From NCBI GenBank assembly GCA_021774445.1, contig JAJFJA010000074.1:23387-87386 (forward strand): DNA of 64,000 nt. Reading direction: 5' to 3'. Under the pieces are notes generated by a model. It saw nothing but the letters and a program-made list of their open reading frames with translations. It did no database searches and was not told where the DNA came from. This DNA is from Alphaproteobacteria bacterium. GTDB taxonomy: Bacteria; Pseudomonadota; Alphaproteobacteria; UBA6615. Shown here one piece after another: positions 9,526-19,189 of this stretch (within the stretch, counting starts at the first letter, position 1; every line of letters starts with the position of its first letter). Both the position numbers and the translations under genes were made by a program.

Positions 9526-10311
9526 ATGAAGCGCGGTAATCCGGCCCTCGCGGCCTATGTGACGCTGGTCTATTTCTTCCTGCTGGGGCCGTTGTTCATC
9601 GTGGCTGCCGCGGCGTTCAGCGGGTCGAATTTCCTGGAATTTCCACCGAGCAGCCTGTCGCTGAAATGGTTTGCCAATATCCTGGCGGTGTCGGCATTCC
9701 TGGAGACCTTCATCGTCAGCCTGCAAATCGCGGTGCTGGGGACCTTCCTGTCGCTGGTCATCGGGGTGCCGGCGGCCTATGCGCTGAGCCGGTCCGCCGT
9801 GCCCGGCCGCGGCGTGCTGCAGGCGATCTTCGTCTCGCCGGTGATCGTGCCGGGGGTGGTGCTCGGTTTCTCCCTGCTGCGGTTCTACAACGTGCAGGGC
9901 GGGGTGCCGGTGTTTCAGACCCTGCTGATCGGCCATACGCTGATCGTGCTGCCCTACAGCATCCGGGTGATCTCCTCGAGCTTGGCGAATTTCGAGCCGG
10001 CAATCGAGGAGGCGGCGATCAGCCTCGGCTGTCCGCGCTGGCGGACCTTTTTCGTGGTGGTGCTGCCGAACATCAGGGCCGGGGTCATGGCGGCGTTCAT
10101 TTTGGCGTTCATCACGTCAATGAATAACGTGCCGGTCTCGGTGTTTCTCACCGGGCCGGGGGTCAGCACGCTGCCGATCCAGATGCTGTCCTATGTGGAG
10201 AATTTCTTCGATCCGACGATTGCCTCGCTGTCGGTGGTGCTGATCGCGACGACGGCGGGCTTCATGTTCCTGATCGAGCGCACCCTCGGTCTCAGTTACT
10301 TCGCGCGCTGA
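9526..10311 (+). CDS. ABC transporter permease (PotC-like)
   Basis: FPPSSLSLKWF and EEAAISLG; ATG 2 nt after the upstream stop. Confidence 0.88.
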   Translation: MKRGNPALAAYVTLVYFFLLGPLFIVAAAAFSGSNFLEFPPSSLSLKWFANILAVSAFLETFIVSLQIAVLGTFLSLVIGVPAAYALSRSAVPGRGVLQAIFVSPVIVPGVVLGFSLLRFYNVQGGVPVFQTLLIGHTLIVLPYSIRVISSSLANFEPAIEEAAISLGCPRWRTFFVVVLPNIRAGVMAAFILAFITSMNNVPVSVFLTGPGVSTLPIQMLSYVENFFDPTIASLSVVLIATTAGFMFLIERTLGLSYFAR

Positions 10312-10323
10312 CGGGATTCGAGC

Positions 10324-11388
10324 ATGCCGACGCTGGAACTGCGAAAAATCTGTGCCTCCTACGGCGACAACCGGATTCTGACGGACCTGGATCTGGAGGT
10401 CGCCGACGGCGACTTCGTGTCGCTGTTGGGGGAAAGCGGCTGCGGCAAGACCACGACCTTGCGGGTGGTCGCCGGGTTCCTGCGTGCGGACAGCGGCGGG
10501 GTGTTGCTGGACGGGGAGGACTACACGCGGCGCCCGCCGAACCGCCGCGGCTTTGGTTATGTGTTTCAGAGTTATGCGCTGTTTCCGCATCTGAACGTGT
10601 TCGACAATGTGGCGTTCGGCTTGCGGCAGCGCAAAGTGGCGCGTGAGGAGGTGCGGCGGCGGGTCGATGAGATGCTGGAGGTGGTGGGGTTGGCCGCGTT
10701 GCGCGACCGGTTGTCGAAGTCCCTATCGGGCGGGCAGAAACAACGGGTGGCTTTGGCGCGGGCGCTGGTGATCAAGCCTGATCTCTTGCTGTTCGACGAG
10801 CCGTTGAGCAATTTGGACGCGAAACTGCGGGTCAAGATGCGGGTCGAAATCCGCCGATTGCAGCAGGAGTTCAAGATTACGACACTGTACGTCACCCATG
10901 ATCAGGAGGAGTGCTTCTCGATCTCCGACAAGGTCACGGTGATGAATGACGGAGTGATCGAACAGTTCGATCGGCCGGAGCATATCTTCAGCCAACCGGC
11001 CTCGCCCTTCGTTGCGCGCTTCGTCGGCTTCGAGAATTTTTTCCAATTACGCCATCAGGGTATGAGCGACGGCCGGCACCAACTGGTGGCGGCGGACGGG
11101 ACCAAATTCGAGGCGCCGGATCGGCAGACGATCCCCGGCGGCCGGTTGCTCGGTGCGGTGCGGCCCGAGGCAATTGCCTTAGGGCCGGCGGCGAGGACCG
11201 GGCAAGCAGGCGAGATCGCCGGCTCGATCGCGTTCCGGACTTATCTGGGGCGGGGCTACCAATATATCGTGCAGACGGCGTTGGGCGATTTGACCGTGAA
11301 TGGCGAGGATCAGCAGCCCTTTGCCACCGGCGACACGGTCACGTTGCGGGTGCCGCCGGACCGCATGGTGCTGCTGGGTGATGCGTGA
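10324..11388 (+). CDS. ABC transporter ATP-binding protein (PotA-like)
   Basis: GESGCGKTT, FQSYALFPH, LSGGQKQR, DEPLSNLD and YVTHDQ. Confidence 0.92.
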   Translation: MPTLELRKICASYGDNRILTDLDLEVADGDFVSLLGESGCGKTTTLRVVAGFLRADSGGVLLDGEDYTRRPPNRRGFGYVFQSYALFPHLNVFDNVAFGLRQRKVAREEVRRRVDEMLEVVGLAALRDRLSKSLSGGQKQRVALARALVIKPDLLLFDEPLSNLDAKLRVKMRVEIRRLQQEFKITTLYVTHDQEECFSISDKVTVMNDGVIEQFDRPEHIFSQPASPFVARFVGFENFFQLRHQGMSDGRHQLVAADGTKFEAPDRQTIPGGRLLGAVRPEAIALGPAARTGQAGEIAGSIAFRTYLGRGYQYIVQTALGDLTVNGEDQQPFATGDTVTLRVPPDRMVLLGDA

Positions 11389-12716
11389 CGGAGGGCGCCA
11401 TAAGGGCCGACCTGATTATCCGTAACGGCCTGGTTGTTACGATGGATAGGGACCGCCGGGTCATCGAAGGCGGCGCGGTGGTGGTTACGGGTGCGGAAAT
11501 CACCGCGGTGGGCGATCAGGCGCTGGGTGAGCGTTACGAGGCGGTGACGGTCATCGACGCGGCCGGCGATATCGTCATGCCGGGCATGGTCAACACGCAC
11601 TGCCACGCCGCGATGACGGTGTTTCGCGGTCTCGGGGACGATATCCCGGATCGGCTGGAACGCTATATTTTTCCGCTGGAGGCCAAGGCGGTCACGGCGG
11701 AGTTGGTCTATTGGGGCGCCATGCTGGCGATCCTGGAAATGATCGAAGCCGGGGTCACGACCTTCGCCGATATGTATTTCTTCGAGGAGATGGTCGGCAA
11801 GGCGGCGCGGGATCTGGGCATGCGAGCGGTGGTTGGCGAGACGGTGATCGGTTTTGCCGCCCCCGACTGCGCGACGCCGGAAGACGCGGTGGCGCGGACC
11901 CTGGCGATGGCCCGGGATTGGGGCGGGGACGATCTGGTCCAGGTTGGTTTGGCACCTCATGCGCCCTATTCCCTGGCGGCCGATACCTTACGGCGGGTGG
12001 CCGACGTGGCGCGGGAGGCCGATCTGCCGGTGCAGATCCATCTCGCGGAAACGCAAAAGGAATGGGACGATATGCAGGCGGCGCATGGCCGGTCGCCGGT
12101 GGCGTATCTGGCGTCGGTCGGGCTGCTGAACGACCGGTTGACCGCGGCCCATTGCCTCTTCGCCGATGAAGACGACATGGCGCAGCTACGGGACAGCGGC
12201 GCGGGGGTGTCGCACAATCCGGGGTCCAATGCCAAGGCCGGCAAAGGCGTGGCGCCGGCGCTGCGGATGCGGGCCCTGGGCATTCCCGTGGGGCTGGGCA
12301 CCGATGGGGCGATGAGCGGCAATACGCTGGATATCTTCAGCCAAATGAGCCTGGCGTCGAAAATCCACAAGCTGGAGCAGCGAGACCGCCGGGTGGCGAC
12401 GGCGGCGGACATGGTGGCCATGGGCACCATCGATGGTGCCGCCTCGCTGCATATGGCGGCGTCGGTCGGTTCGTTGGAGGCCGGCAAGCGGGCGGATATC
12501 GCGGTGGTCAGCACGAAATCCACCCATATGCGGCCGCTACATGACGTTTATTCGGCCCTGGTCTATGCGGCGTGGGCCGGCGACGTGCGGCACACGGTGA
12601 TAAACGGCCGCGTGGTGATGCGGGATCGGAAGATTCCGGGGTATTCACGGGACAAGATTTACCGGGAGTTCGACCGTATCGCCGGCGGGATCAAGGGGAT
12701 CGCGGCATCGCTGTAG
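11385..12716 (+). CDS. Metal-dependent amidohydrolase (MTA/SAH-deaminase / Atz-Trz-like family)
   Basis: MPGMVNTHCH metal motif, APHAPY, HLAET, GLGTDG and GSLEAGKRAD; GTGA overlap with the ATPase. Confidence 0.88.
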   Translation: MTEGAIRADLIIRNGLVVTMDRDRRVIEGGAVVVTGAEITAVGDQALGERYEAVTVIDAAGDIVMPGMVNTHCHAAMTVFRGLGDDIPDRLERYIFPLEAKAVTAELVYWGAMLAILEMIEAGVTTFADMYFFEEMVGKAARDLGMRAVVGETVIGFAAPDCATPEDAVARTLAMARDWGGDDLVQVGLAPHAPYSLAADTLRRVADVAREADLPVQIHLAETQKEWDDMQAAHGRSPVAYLASVGLLNDRLTAAHCLFADEDDMAQLRDSGAGVSHNPGSNAKAGKGVAPALRMRALGIPVGLGTDGAMSGNTLDIFSQMSLASKIHKLEQRDRRVATAADMVAMGTIDGAASLHMAASVGSLEAGKRADIAVVSTKSTHMRPLHDVYSALVYAAWAGDVRHTVINGRVVMRDRKIPGYSRDKIYREFDRIAGGIKGIAASL

Positions 12717-12735
12717 GGGTTGGCAAGATCAACGG

Positions 12736-12767
12736 GGTAAATTATCCTACTTGGTAGGGAATTTTCC
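12736..12767. promoter_or_regulatory. Imperfect inverted repeat, probable autoregulatory operator of parDE
   Basis: ggtaaattatcctac-ttg-gtagggaattttcc, AT-rich and directly upstream of the antitoxin. Confidence 0.5.
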
Positions 12768-12781
12768 GCGGAGAAAGAATC

Positions 12782-13039
12782 ATGGCGACCGTCAAGAAGA
12801 GTATATCGGTGACGGATCAACAAGCGGCGTGGATCAAATCGCAAATCGCGAAAGGGCACTATAACAACGATAGTGAGATCATTCGGGCCGCTATCCGAGA
12901 GAAACAAGAGCGTGAAGCCGGCATTGAAGCCATTCGCGCCGCAATTATCGAGGGCGAGCAGAGCGGCATGAGCGACCGCACGCCGCAAGAAATCGTCGCG
13001 GCCGCGAAAAAACGCCTAAGGGCAGATGGCAAAATATAG
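12782..13039 (+). CDS. parD: ParD-family antitoxin (RHH, CC2985-like)
   Basis: KKSISVTDQQAAWIKSQI..GHYNNDSEIIRAAIRE and IRAAIIEGEQSG. Confidence 0.9.
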   Translation: MATVKKSISVTDQQAAWIKSQIAKGHYNNDSEIIRAAIREKQEREAGIEAIRAAIIEGEQSGMSDRTPQEIVAAAKKRLRADGKI

Positions 13040-13316
13040 GCTGTCGAAAGCCGCCGACGATGATGTTGATCGATTGTTCGTGTTTGGATTTACTCGGTTT
13101 GGGCTGAAGCAGGCCGAGAATTACGTGGACGGGTTGTACAAACGTCTGGACGATGTGACAGAGAGTCCAGGGCGTTGGCCGGTGGTCGCCCATATCCGTG
13201 CAGGACTACGGCGCTGTGCCTATGGAAGTCACTCGATCTACTACCGTATAGACCCTGACGAAATCGTCATTGTCCGTATTTTGGGGCGTGAGGACCCAAA
13301 GCAATGGCTCTCGTGA
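13026..13316 (+). CDS. parE: ParE/RelE-family toxin
   Basis: YRLSKAADDD, FGLKQAENY, GSHSIYYR and IVRILG; overlaps the antitoxin by 14 nt. Confidence 0.9.
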   Translation: MAKYRLSKAADDDVDRLFVFGFTRFGLKQAENYVDGLYKRLDDVTESPGRWPVVAHIRAGLRRCAYGSHSIYYRIDPDEIVIVRILGREDPKQWLS

Positions 13317-13321
13317 CCGGC

Positions 13322-14239
13322 CTAGCTGGGCCAGGTGAAGTCGAGGGCGTCGAGCGCTTCAGTCAAGTTGGTGGCTGCTTCGCTTTGTAAGGAGACCAGC
13401 GGCGGACGGGTGGTGAGCCACTCAGGGTCGGAGCGGGCGTGGGCGATGACCGCCTTGAGGCCGGGGACCATGGGTTGGGTCTCAGCTGCACGCCGGATTT
13501 TTGTTAGTTTCTCCTGGTCGGCATCGAGGCCCGGGTCGCCGTCCTGGTAAGCCTGATAGAGGGCGCCGATGGCGGCGGTGTTGATGTTGGCGGTGGCGGA
13601 AATGCAACCGGCGCCGCCGGCGCGCAGGCCGTCGAGCAAGAAGACCTCGCTGCCGGGGAAGATTGCGAGGTTGGGGAAATTCTCGATGACGGCGGCGGTA
13701 TTGGACCAATCGCCGGAACTGTCCTTGAGGCCGGCAATGGTATCTGGGAAATCCCGAACCAGGCGCTCGATCAGGGGCAGACTGAAGCCGACGCCGGCCA
13801 TGGGCGGAATATGATAGAGATAGACGCGCAGGCGGCTGTCCGCGATGCGGTCAATAACCTGAGCGATGCCGGCATAGAGGCCATCATCGCTGACCCCCTT
13901 GTAATAGAAGGGCGGCAGCAGCAGCACGCCGGCGCAACCATGATCCACGGCATGGCGGGTCAGCGTTTCGGTTTCGGGCAGGGCGCAGCAGCCGGTACCG
14001 GGCATGAGGGCGGCGGGGGAAATGCCGGCCTCGATGAGGCCGTCGAGCAACGCCATGCGCTCAGCCGACGACAAGGAATTGGCCTCACTGGTGGTGCCGA
14101 AAGCGGCAAGGCCGCTGGCGCCATTCGCCAGTAACCATTCGCAATGGCTGATGAATCGCGACGCGTCGACGGCCAAATCGGCGGTGAATGGCGTCAGGGC
14201 CGGAACCCAAAGGCCGCGGCAGGCGTGTGGCTTTGTCAT
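13322..14239 (-). CDS. Dihydrodipicolinate synthase (DapA)-family class I aldolase/lyase
   Basis: PALTPF, GTTSEA, LPPFYYK, YHIP and GLKDSSGD (Schiff-base Lys). Probably a catabolic paralogue, not true DapA. Confidence 0.88.
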   Translation of the reverse strand: MTKPHACRGLWVPALTPFTADLAVDASRFISHCEWLLANGASGLAAFGTTSEANSLSSAERMALLDGLIEAGISPAALMPGTGCCALPETETLTRHAVDHGCAGVLLLPPFYYKGVSDDGLYAGIAQVIDRIADSRLRVYLYHIPPMAGVGFSLPLIERLVRDFPDTIAGLKDSSGDWSNTAAVIENFPNLAIFPGSEVFLLDGLRAGGAGCISATANINTAAIGALYQAYQDGDPGLDADQEKLTKIRRAAETQPMVPGLKAVIAHARSDPEWLTTRPPLVSLQSEAATNLTEALDALDFTWPS

Positions 14240-14394
14240 ATCACCCTTGTTAGTGCTGTTGTATCCGTCGAATTGCGAGCAGGTGGATCATAGCAATCGG
14301 TAACGGAAAGTGCATCCCGGCCAATTTATTCAGATGGCGCAGCGCACTAATTTGGCCGTTATTGCCTGAGCTTCTTGCCGGTAAGCAGGAAGTG

Positions 14395-14465
14395 AGGATG
14401 CGTTTTTCCACACGCACGCCGGTCTGTACCCGGTCGATCGGTATGCTTCCATCGGGTTTGGTCAT
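14395..14465 (-). pseudogene. N-terminal remnant of a small conserved protein (RVQTGVRxEKR.. family, RHH-like)
   Basis: Purine-rich SD, then MTKPDGSIPIDRVQTGVRVEKRIL. The similarity to a recalled small conserved protein stops abruptly and the frame continues into unrelated-looking sequence. Confidence 0.5.
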
Positions 14466-14467
14466 CT

Positions 14468-14519
14468 CGCTCTCTCGTGGTTGGTACCAGTGTATATTGG
14501 TACCAACCACGAGAGAGCG
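14468..14519. repeat. 52-bp near-perfect palindrome (22-bp perfect arms)
   Basis: cgctctctcgtggttggtacca (14468-14489) and tggtaccaaccacgagagagcg (14498-14519) around an 8-nt spacer gtgtatat. Confidence 0.95.
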
Positions 14520-14548
14520 GAGCGTGCTGCGGCGGCTGCCAGAACGGG

Positions 14549-15433
14549 CTATGGCAGGAACTGGCCGGTTTGGTAGTCGCGGATGGCCTGCCGGATTTCG
14601 GTCTGGGTGTTCATGACGAACGGGCCGTAGCGGGCGACCGGTTCATTGATCGGTCGGCCGGTGAGCAGGAGTATTTGTGCGGCGCCGACCGCGGTTGTCG
14701 GGACGGCGAGGCTGACCCCTTCGCCATCGGGGGCGAACAAGACCAGTTGGCCGTCATGGATCGGGCGTTGGGCGCTGCCGGCCGTGGCGGTGCCCTCGAG
14801 CAGATAAGCGAAAGCATTATGGCCGGGCGGGATGGGCTGGTAGGTCGACCCGCCGGGGGCGATGGAATAATGCAGATAGCTGATCGGGGTCACGGTTTCC
14901 ACCGCCGCCTGTACCCCCAGCGCCGCGCCGGCGATGACCCTGACGCTCACCTTGCCATCGAGGTCCCGGGCGGTGGGAATATTTGCGGCCGGCAACGGCT
15001 GGTAGCGCGGGGCCATCATCTTGTCCTGGCCAGGCAGATTTACCCAGAGTTGCGTGCCGTGCAGGGCGCCCCCGGCGCTGAAAAAATCGGTGTCGAGCAT
15101 TTCGGAATGGATGATGCCGGCACCGGCGGTCATCCATTGGACGTCGCCGGGACTGATGAGCCCGACATTGCCGGCGGAGTCGCGATGCTCGATGGCGCCG
15201 TCGAGCAGATAGGTCACGGTCTCGAAGCCGCGATGGGGGTGATCGGGGACGCCGCCGCTGGGGTTCGCCGAGATCGCCATCGGCCCCATATGATCGAGCA
15301 GCAGGAACGGATCGACCATATCGAGGTCGGCGTTGGGGAAAGCGCGGCGGATTTCCAGACCGTCGCCTTCGATGGTGCGTGCCGCGTCGACGATGCCGGC
15401 GATATCGCGCTGGTTCTCCGGGGTTGCCGCCAT
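14549..15433 (-). CDS. Pirin family protein
   Basis: DPFLLLDH, HPHRGFETVTY, HRDS, QWMTAGAGIIHSE, QLWVNLP and GPFVMN; start set at MAATPEN. Confidence 0.95.
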   Translation of the reverse strand: MAATPENQRDIAGIVDAARTIEGDGLEIRRAFPNADLDMVDPFLLLDHMGPMAISANPSGGVPDHPHRGFETVTYLLDGAIEHRDSAGNVGLISPGDVQWMTAGAGIIHSEMLDTDFFSAGGALHGTQLWVNLPGQDKMMAPRYQPLPAANIPTARDLDGKVSVRVIAGAALGVQAAVETVTPISYLHYSIAPGGSTYQPIPPGHNAFAYLLEGTATAGSAQRPIHDGQLVLFAPDGEGVSLAVPTTAVGAAQILLLTGRPINEPVARYGPFVMNTQTEIRQAIRDYQTGQFLP

Positions 15434-15541
15434 GGACCTACCTTTCGCCCTTCGATGTCTGTGGCGTTGATATATGCCCGGATCGGGTGCGGTCGAGCCG
15501 GGCGATGATATAGTGGGCCATTGGTGCGAAGGAGGCGAGAC

Positions 15542-17006
15542 GTGGGACAGGCCGGCGGGCGGATATTGGCGATTGACCAGGGGACGACAAGCACGCGCGC
15601 AATCGTCTTCGACGGCGCGGGGCAGGCGCAGAAAAGTGCCGGCCGCGAGTTGCCGCAGATCTTTCCCAAACCGGGATGGGTCGAGCATGATCCGGAAGAA
15701 ATCTGGCAGGCGACCTTGGCGGTGTCTCGCGACGTCATGGATGACGACGTCGTAGGGATCGGCATTACCAATCAGCGCGAAACCGTGGTGATCTGGGATC
15801 GCGGCAGCGGCGCGCCGATCCACAACGCCATCGTGTGGCAGGACCGGCGCACCGCGGAGGCCTGTCGGAAATTGACCGAGGCAGGGAAGGCGGCGCTGGT
15901 TACCGAGGCGACGGGGTTGGTCTTGGACCCGTATTTTTCGGCCAGTAAGATCGGTTGGCTGCTGGACGATGTGCCAGGCGCACGGGTGCGCGCGGAAGCC
16001 GGCGATCTGGCCTTCGGCACGATCGACAGCTTCTTGCTGTGGCGGCTGACAAACGGGGCGGTCCATGCCACCGATGCCACGAACGCCTGTCGAACGATGC
16101 TGTTCAACATTCACACCCAGGACTGGGACGACAGATTGTTAGCGCTGTTCGGGGTACCGCGCGCGTTGCTGCCGGAGGTCATGGACAATGCGGCGGCGTT
16201 CGGCGTCGCGGTGGCGGAACATTTCGGCCGAGCTCTGCCGATCGGCGGGATGGCAGGAGACCAGCATGCCGCGACCGTCGGGCAGGCCTGCTTCGCGCCG
16301 GGGATGATCAAGAGCACTTACGGCACGGGTTGTTTCGCGGTTCTAAACACCGGCGACACGGCCATTCCGTCGCAAAATCGGATGCTGACGACTATGGCCT
16401 ATCGTTTGGAGGGCCGCACGAGCTATGCCCTGGAAGGCAGCATCTTCGTGGCCGGGGCCGCGGTGCAATGGCTGCGCGACGGCCTGGGGGTGATAGCTCG
16501 GGCGGAAGAGACGGAAACGTTGGCCGCCAACCAAGCGGACAATGCCGGGGTCTATCTGGTGCCGGCCTTCACCGGGCTTGGGGCGCCCTATTGGGATGCC
16601 GACGCACGGGGTGCCATCCTCGGTCTGACGCGGGACAGCGGGGTCGCGACCATCGTGCGGGCGGCGTTGGAGGCGGTGTGTTATCAGACCCACGATCTGG
16701 TGTCGGCGATGGCTCAGGATATGGGGCAGTCACCACGCAGTCTGCGTGTGGACGGTGGCATGGTGCACAACAATTGGCTGATGCAATTCTTGGCGGATAT
16801 CGTCGATCTGCCGGTCGATCGCCCGGGGGTTACCGAGACCACGGCGCTGGGGGCGGCTTATCTGGCTGGCCTGCAGATCGGGGTCTACGACTCCGTGGAG
16901 GTGATTTCCGAACACTGGCAGCGGGACCGCCAATTCACGCCGAGCCTGACCGGTGAAGCGCGGCAAACCCTGTTGGCAGGCTGGAAGGATGCGGTCGGGC
17001 GAGTCC

Positions 17007-17017
<11 letters not shown>
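15542..17017 (+). CDS. glpK: Glycerol kinase
   Basis: [50 protein letters not shown] and VDGG; SD aaggagg before the GTG. Confidence 0.96.
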
Positions 17018-18113
<1,096 letters not shown>

Positions 18114-18205
18114 GCATGTTCCGCATGGTGGCGATCATCGACCGGAAGATGGGGCGGCGCAATGGCCGGCATGGAGCTTTTCCGTGGCTTGTTATGGTTA
18201 GCGGA

Positions 18206-19186
18206 TCAGCCGTCGTAGAGGCCCGCCGTACGGGCGCGCAGTTTGACCAGGCCGAGTACGATATCGATGGTCGGCGTCGGTAACCCGGTTAGCCGGCCAA
18301 GTTCCTGGACCGATGACACCATGGCGTCGATCTCCATGGGGCGGCCGAGATCGAGATCTTGCAGCATGGAGGTGCGGTGTTCGCCGACCTCACGGGCGCC
18401 CTCGATGCGCGCATCGACATCAATGAAAAACCGTACACCGATGGCTTCGCCAATGGCCTGGGCCTCCACCATCATAGCGCGGATCACCGTGCGAACCTCG
18501 ACGTCCTCGGCGAGGGCCTTGAGGGTGGCAAGGGTCAGGACGCTGACCGGGTTGAAGCTGAGGTTGCCCCACAGTTTGACCCAGATCTCATCGCGGATGG
18601 CGGTCTTCACCGGCGCCTTGATGCCAGCGGTGATAAGCATTTTCGAGAGGGCGCGCACGCGGTCCGATTTGCTGCCGTCGGGTTCGCCAAGTGTCAGGCG
18701 GGTGCCGTATTCATGGCGGATGACGCCGGGCTCGACGACCTCCGCGGCGATATACACGACGCTACCGATGGCCCGTTGCGGTCCAAGCGCGTCCCATTGC
18801 TTACCGCCGGGGTCAACGGTTTCCAGGCGTTTGTCCTCAAAGGGGCCGTTCTGCTTGTAGAAATACCACCAGGGGATGCCGTTCTGGCCGGTGACCACCG
18901 CGGTGTCGGCGCTCAGCAACGGCCGCATCTTGTCGGCGACGGCAGGGACCGAGTGGGCCTTGAGAGTGACGATGACGTAGTCCTGCTCGCCGGCCTCTGC
19001 CGGATCGTCAGTGCAGCGGGGATGGGCCAGCTGCTCTTTGCCGTCGACAATCAGCCTTAGGCCACGCTCGCGCATGGCGGCGAGATGGGGTCCGCGGGCG
19101 ATGCAGGTGACGTCGGCGCCGGCGTTGGCGAGCTTGACCGCCAGATAGCCGCCGATGGCGCCGGCGCCGAAGATGCAGATGCGCAT
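18206..19186 (-). CDS. PanE/ApbA-family reductase, probable oxalyl-CoA reductase (PanE2-type)
   Basis: GAGAIGG, QNGIPWWYFY, IWVKLWGNLSFNP and TSMLQDL..GRPME; cotranscribed with the acyl-CoA ligase. Confidence 0.85.
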   Translation of the reverse strand: MRICIFGAGAIGGYLAVKLANAGADVTCIARGPHLAAMRERGLRLIVDGKEQLAHPRCTDDPAEAGEQDYVIVTLKAHSVPAVADKMRPLLSADTAVVTGQNGIPWWYFYKQNGPFEDKRLETVDPGGKQWDALGPQRAIGSVVYIAAEVVEPGVIRHEYGTRLTLGEPDGSKSDRVRALSKMLITAGIKAPVKTAIRDEIWVKLWGNLSFNPVSVLTLATLKALAEDVEVRTVIRAMMVEAQAIGEAIGVRFFIDVDARIEGAREVGEHRTSMLQDLDLGRPMEIDAMVSSVQELGRLTGLPTPTIDIVLGLVKLRARTAGLYDG

Positions 19187-19189
19187 GGG

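Noticed and set aside
15434-16114. N-terminal extension making pirin 521 aa
   Set aside because: The extension is antisense to glpK; pirin homology starts at 15433, which has its own SD.
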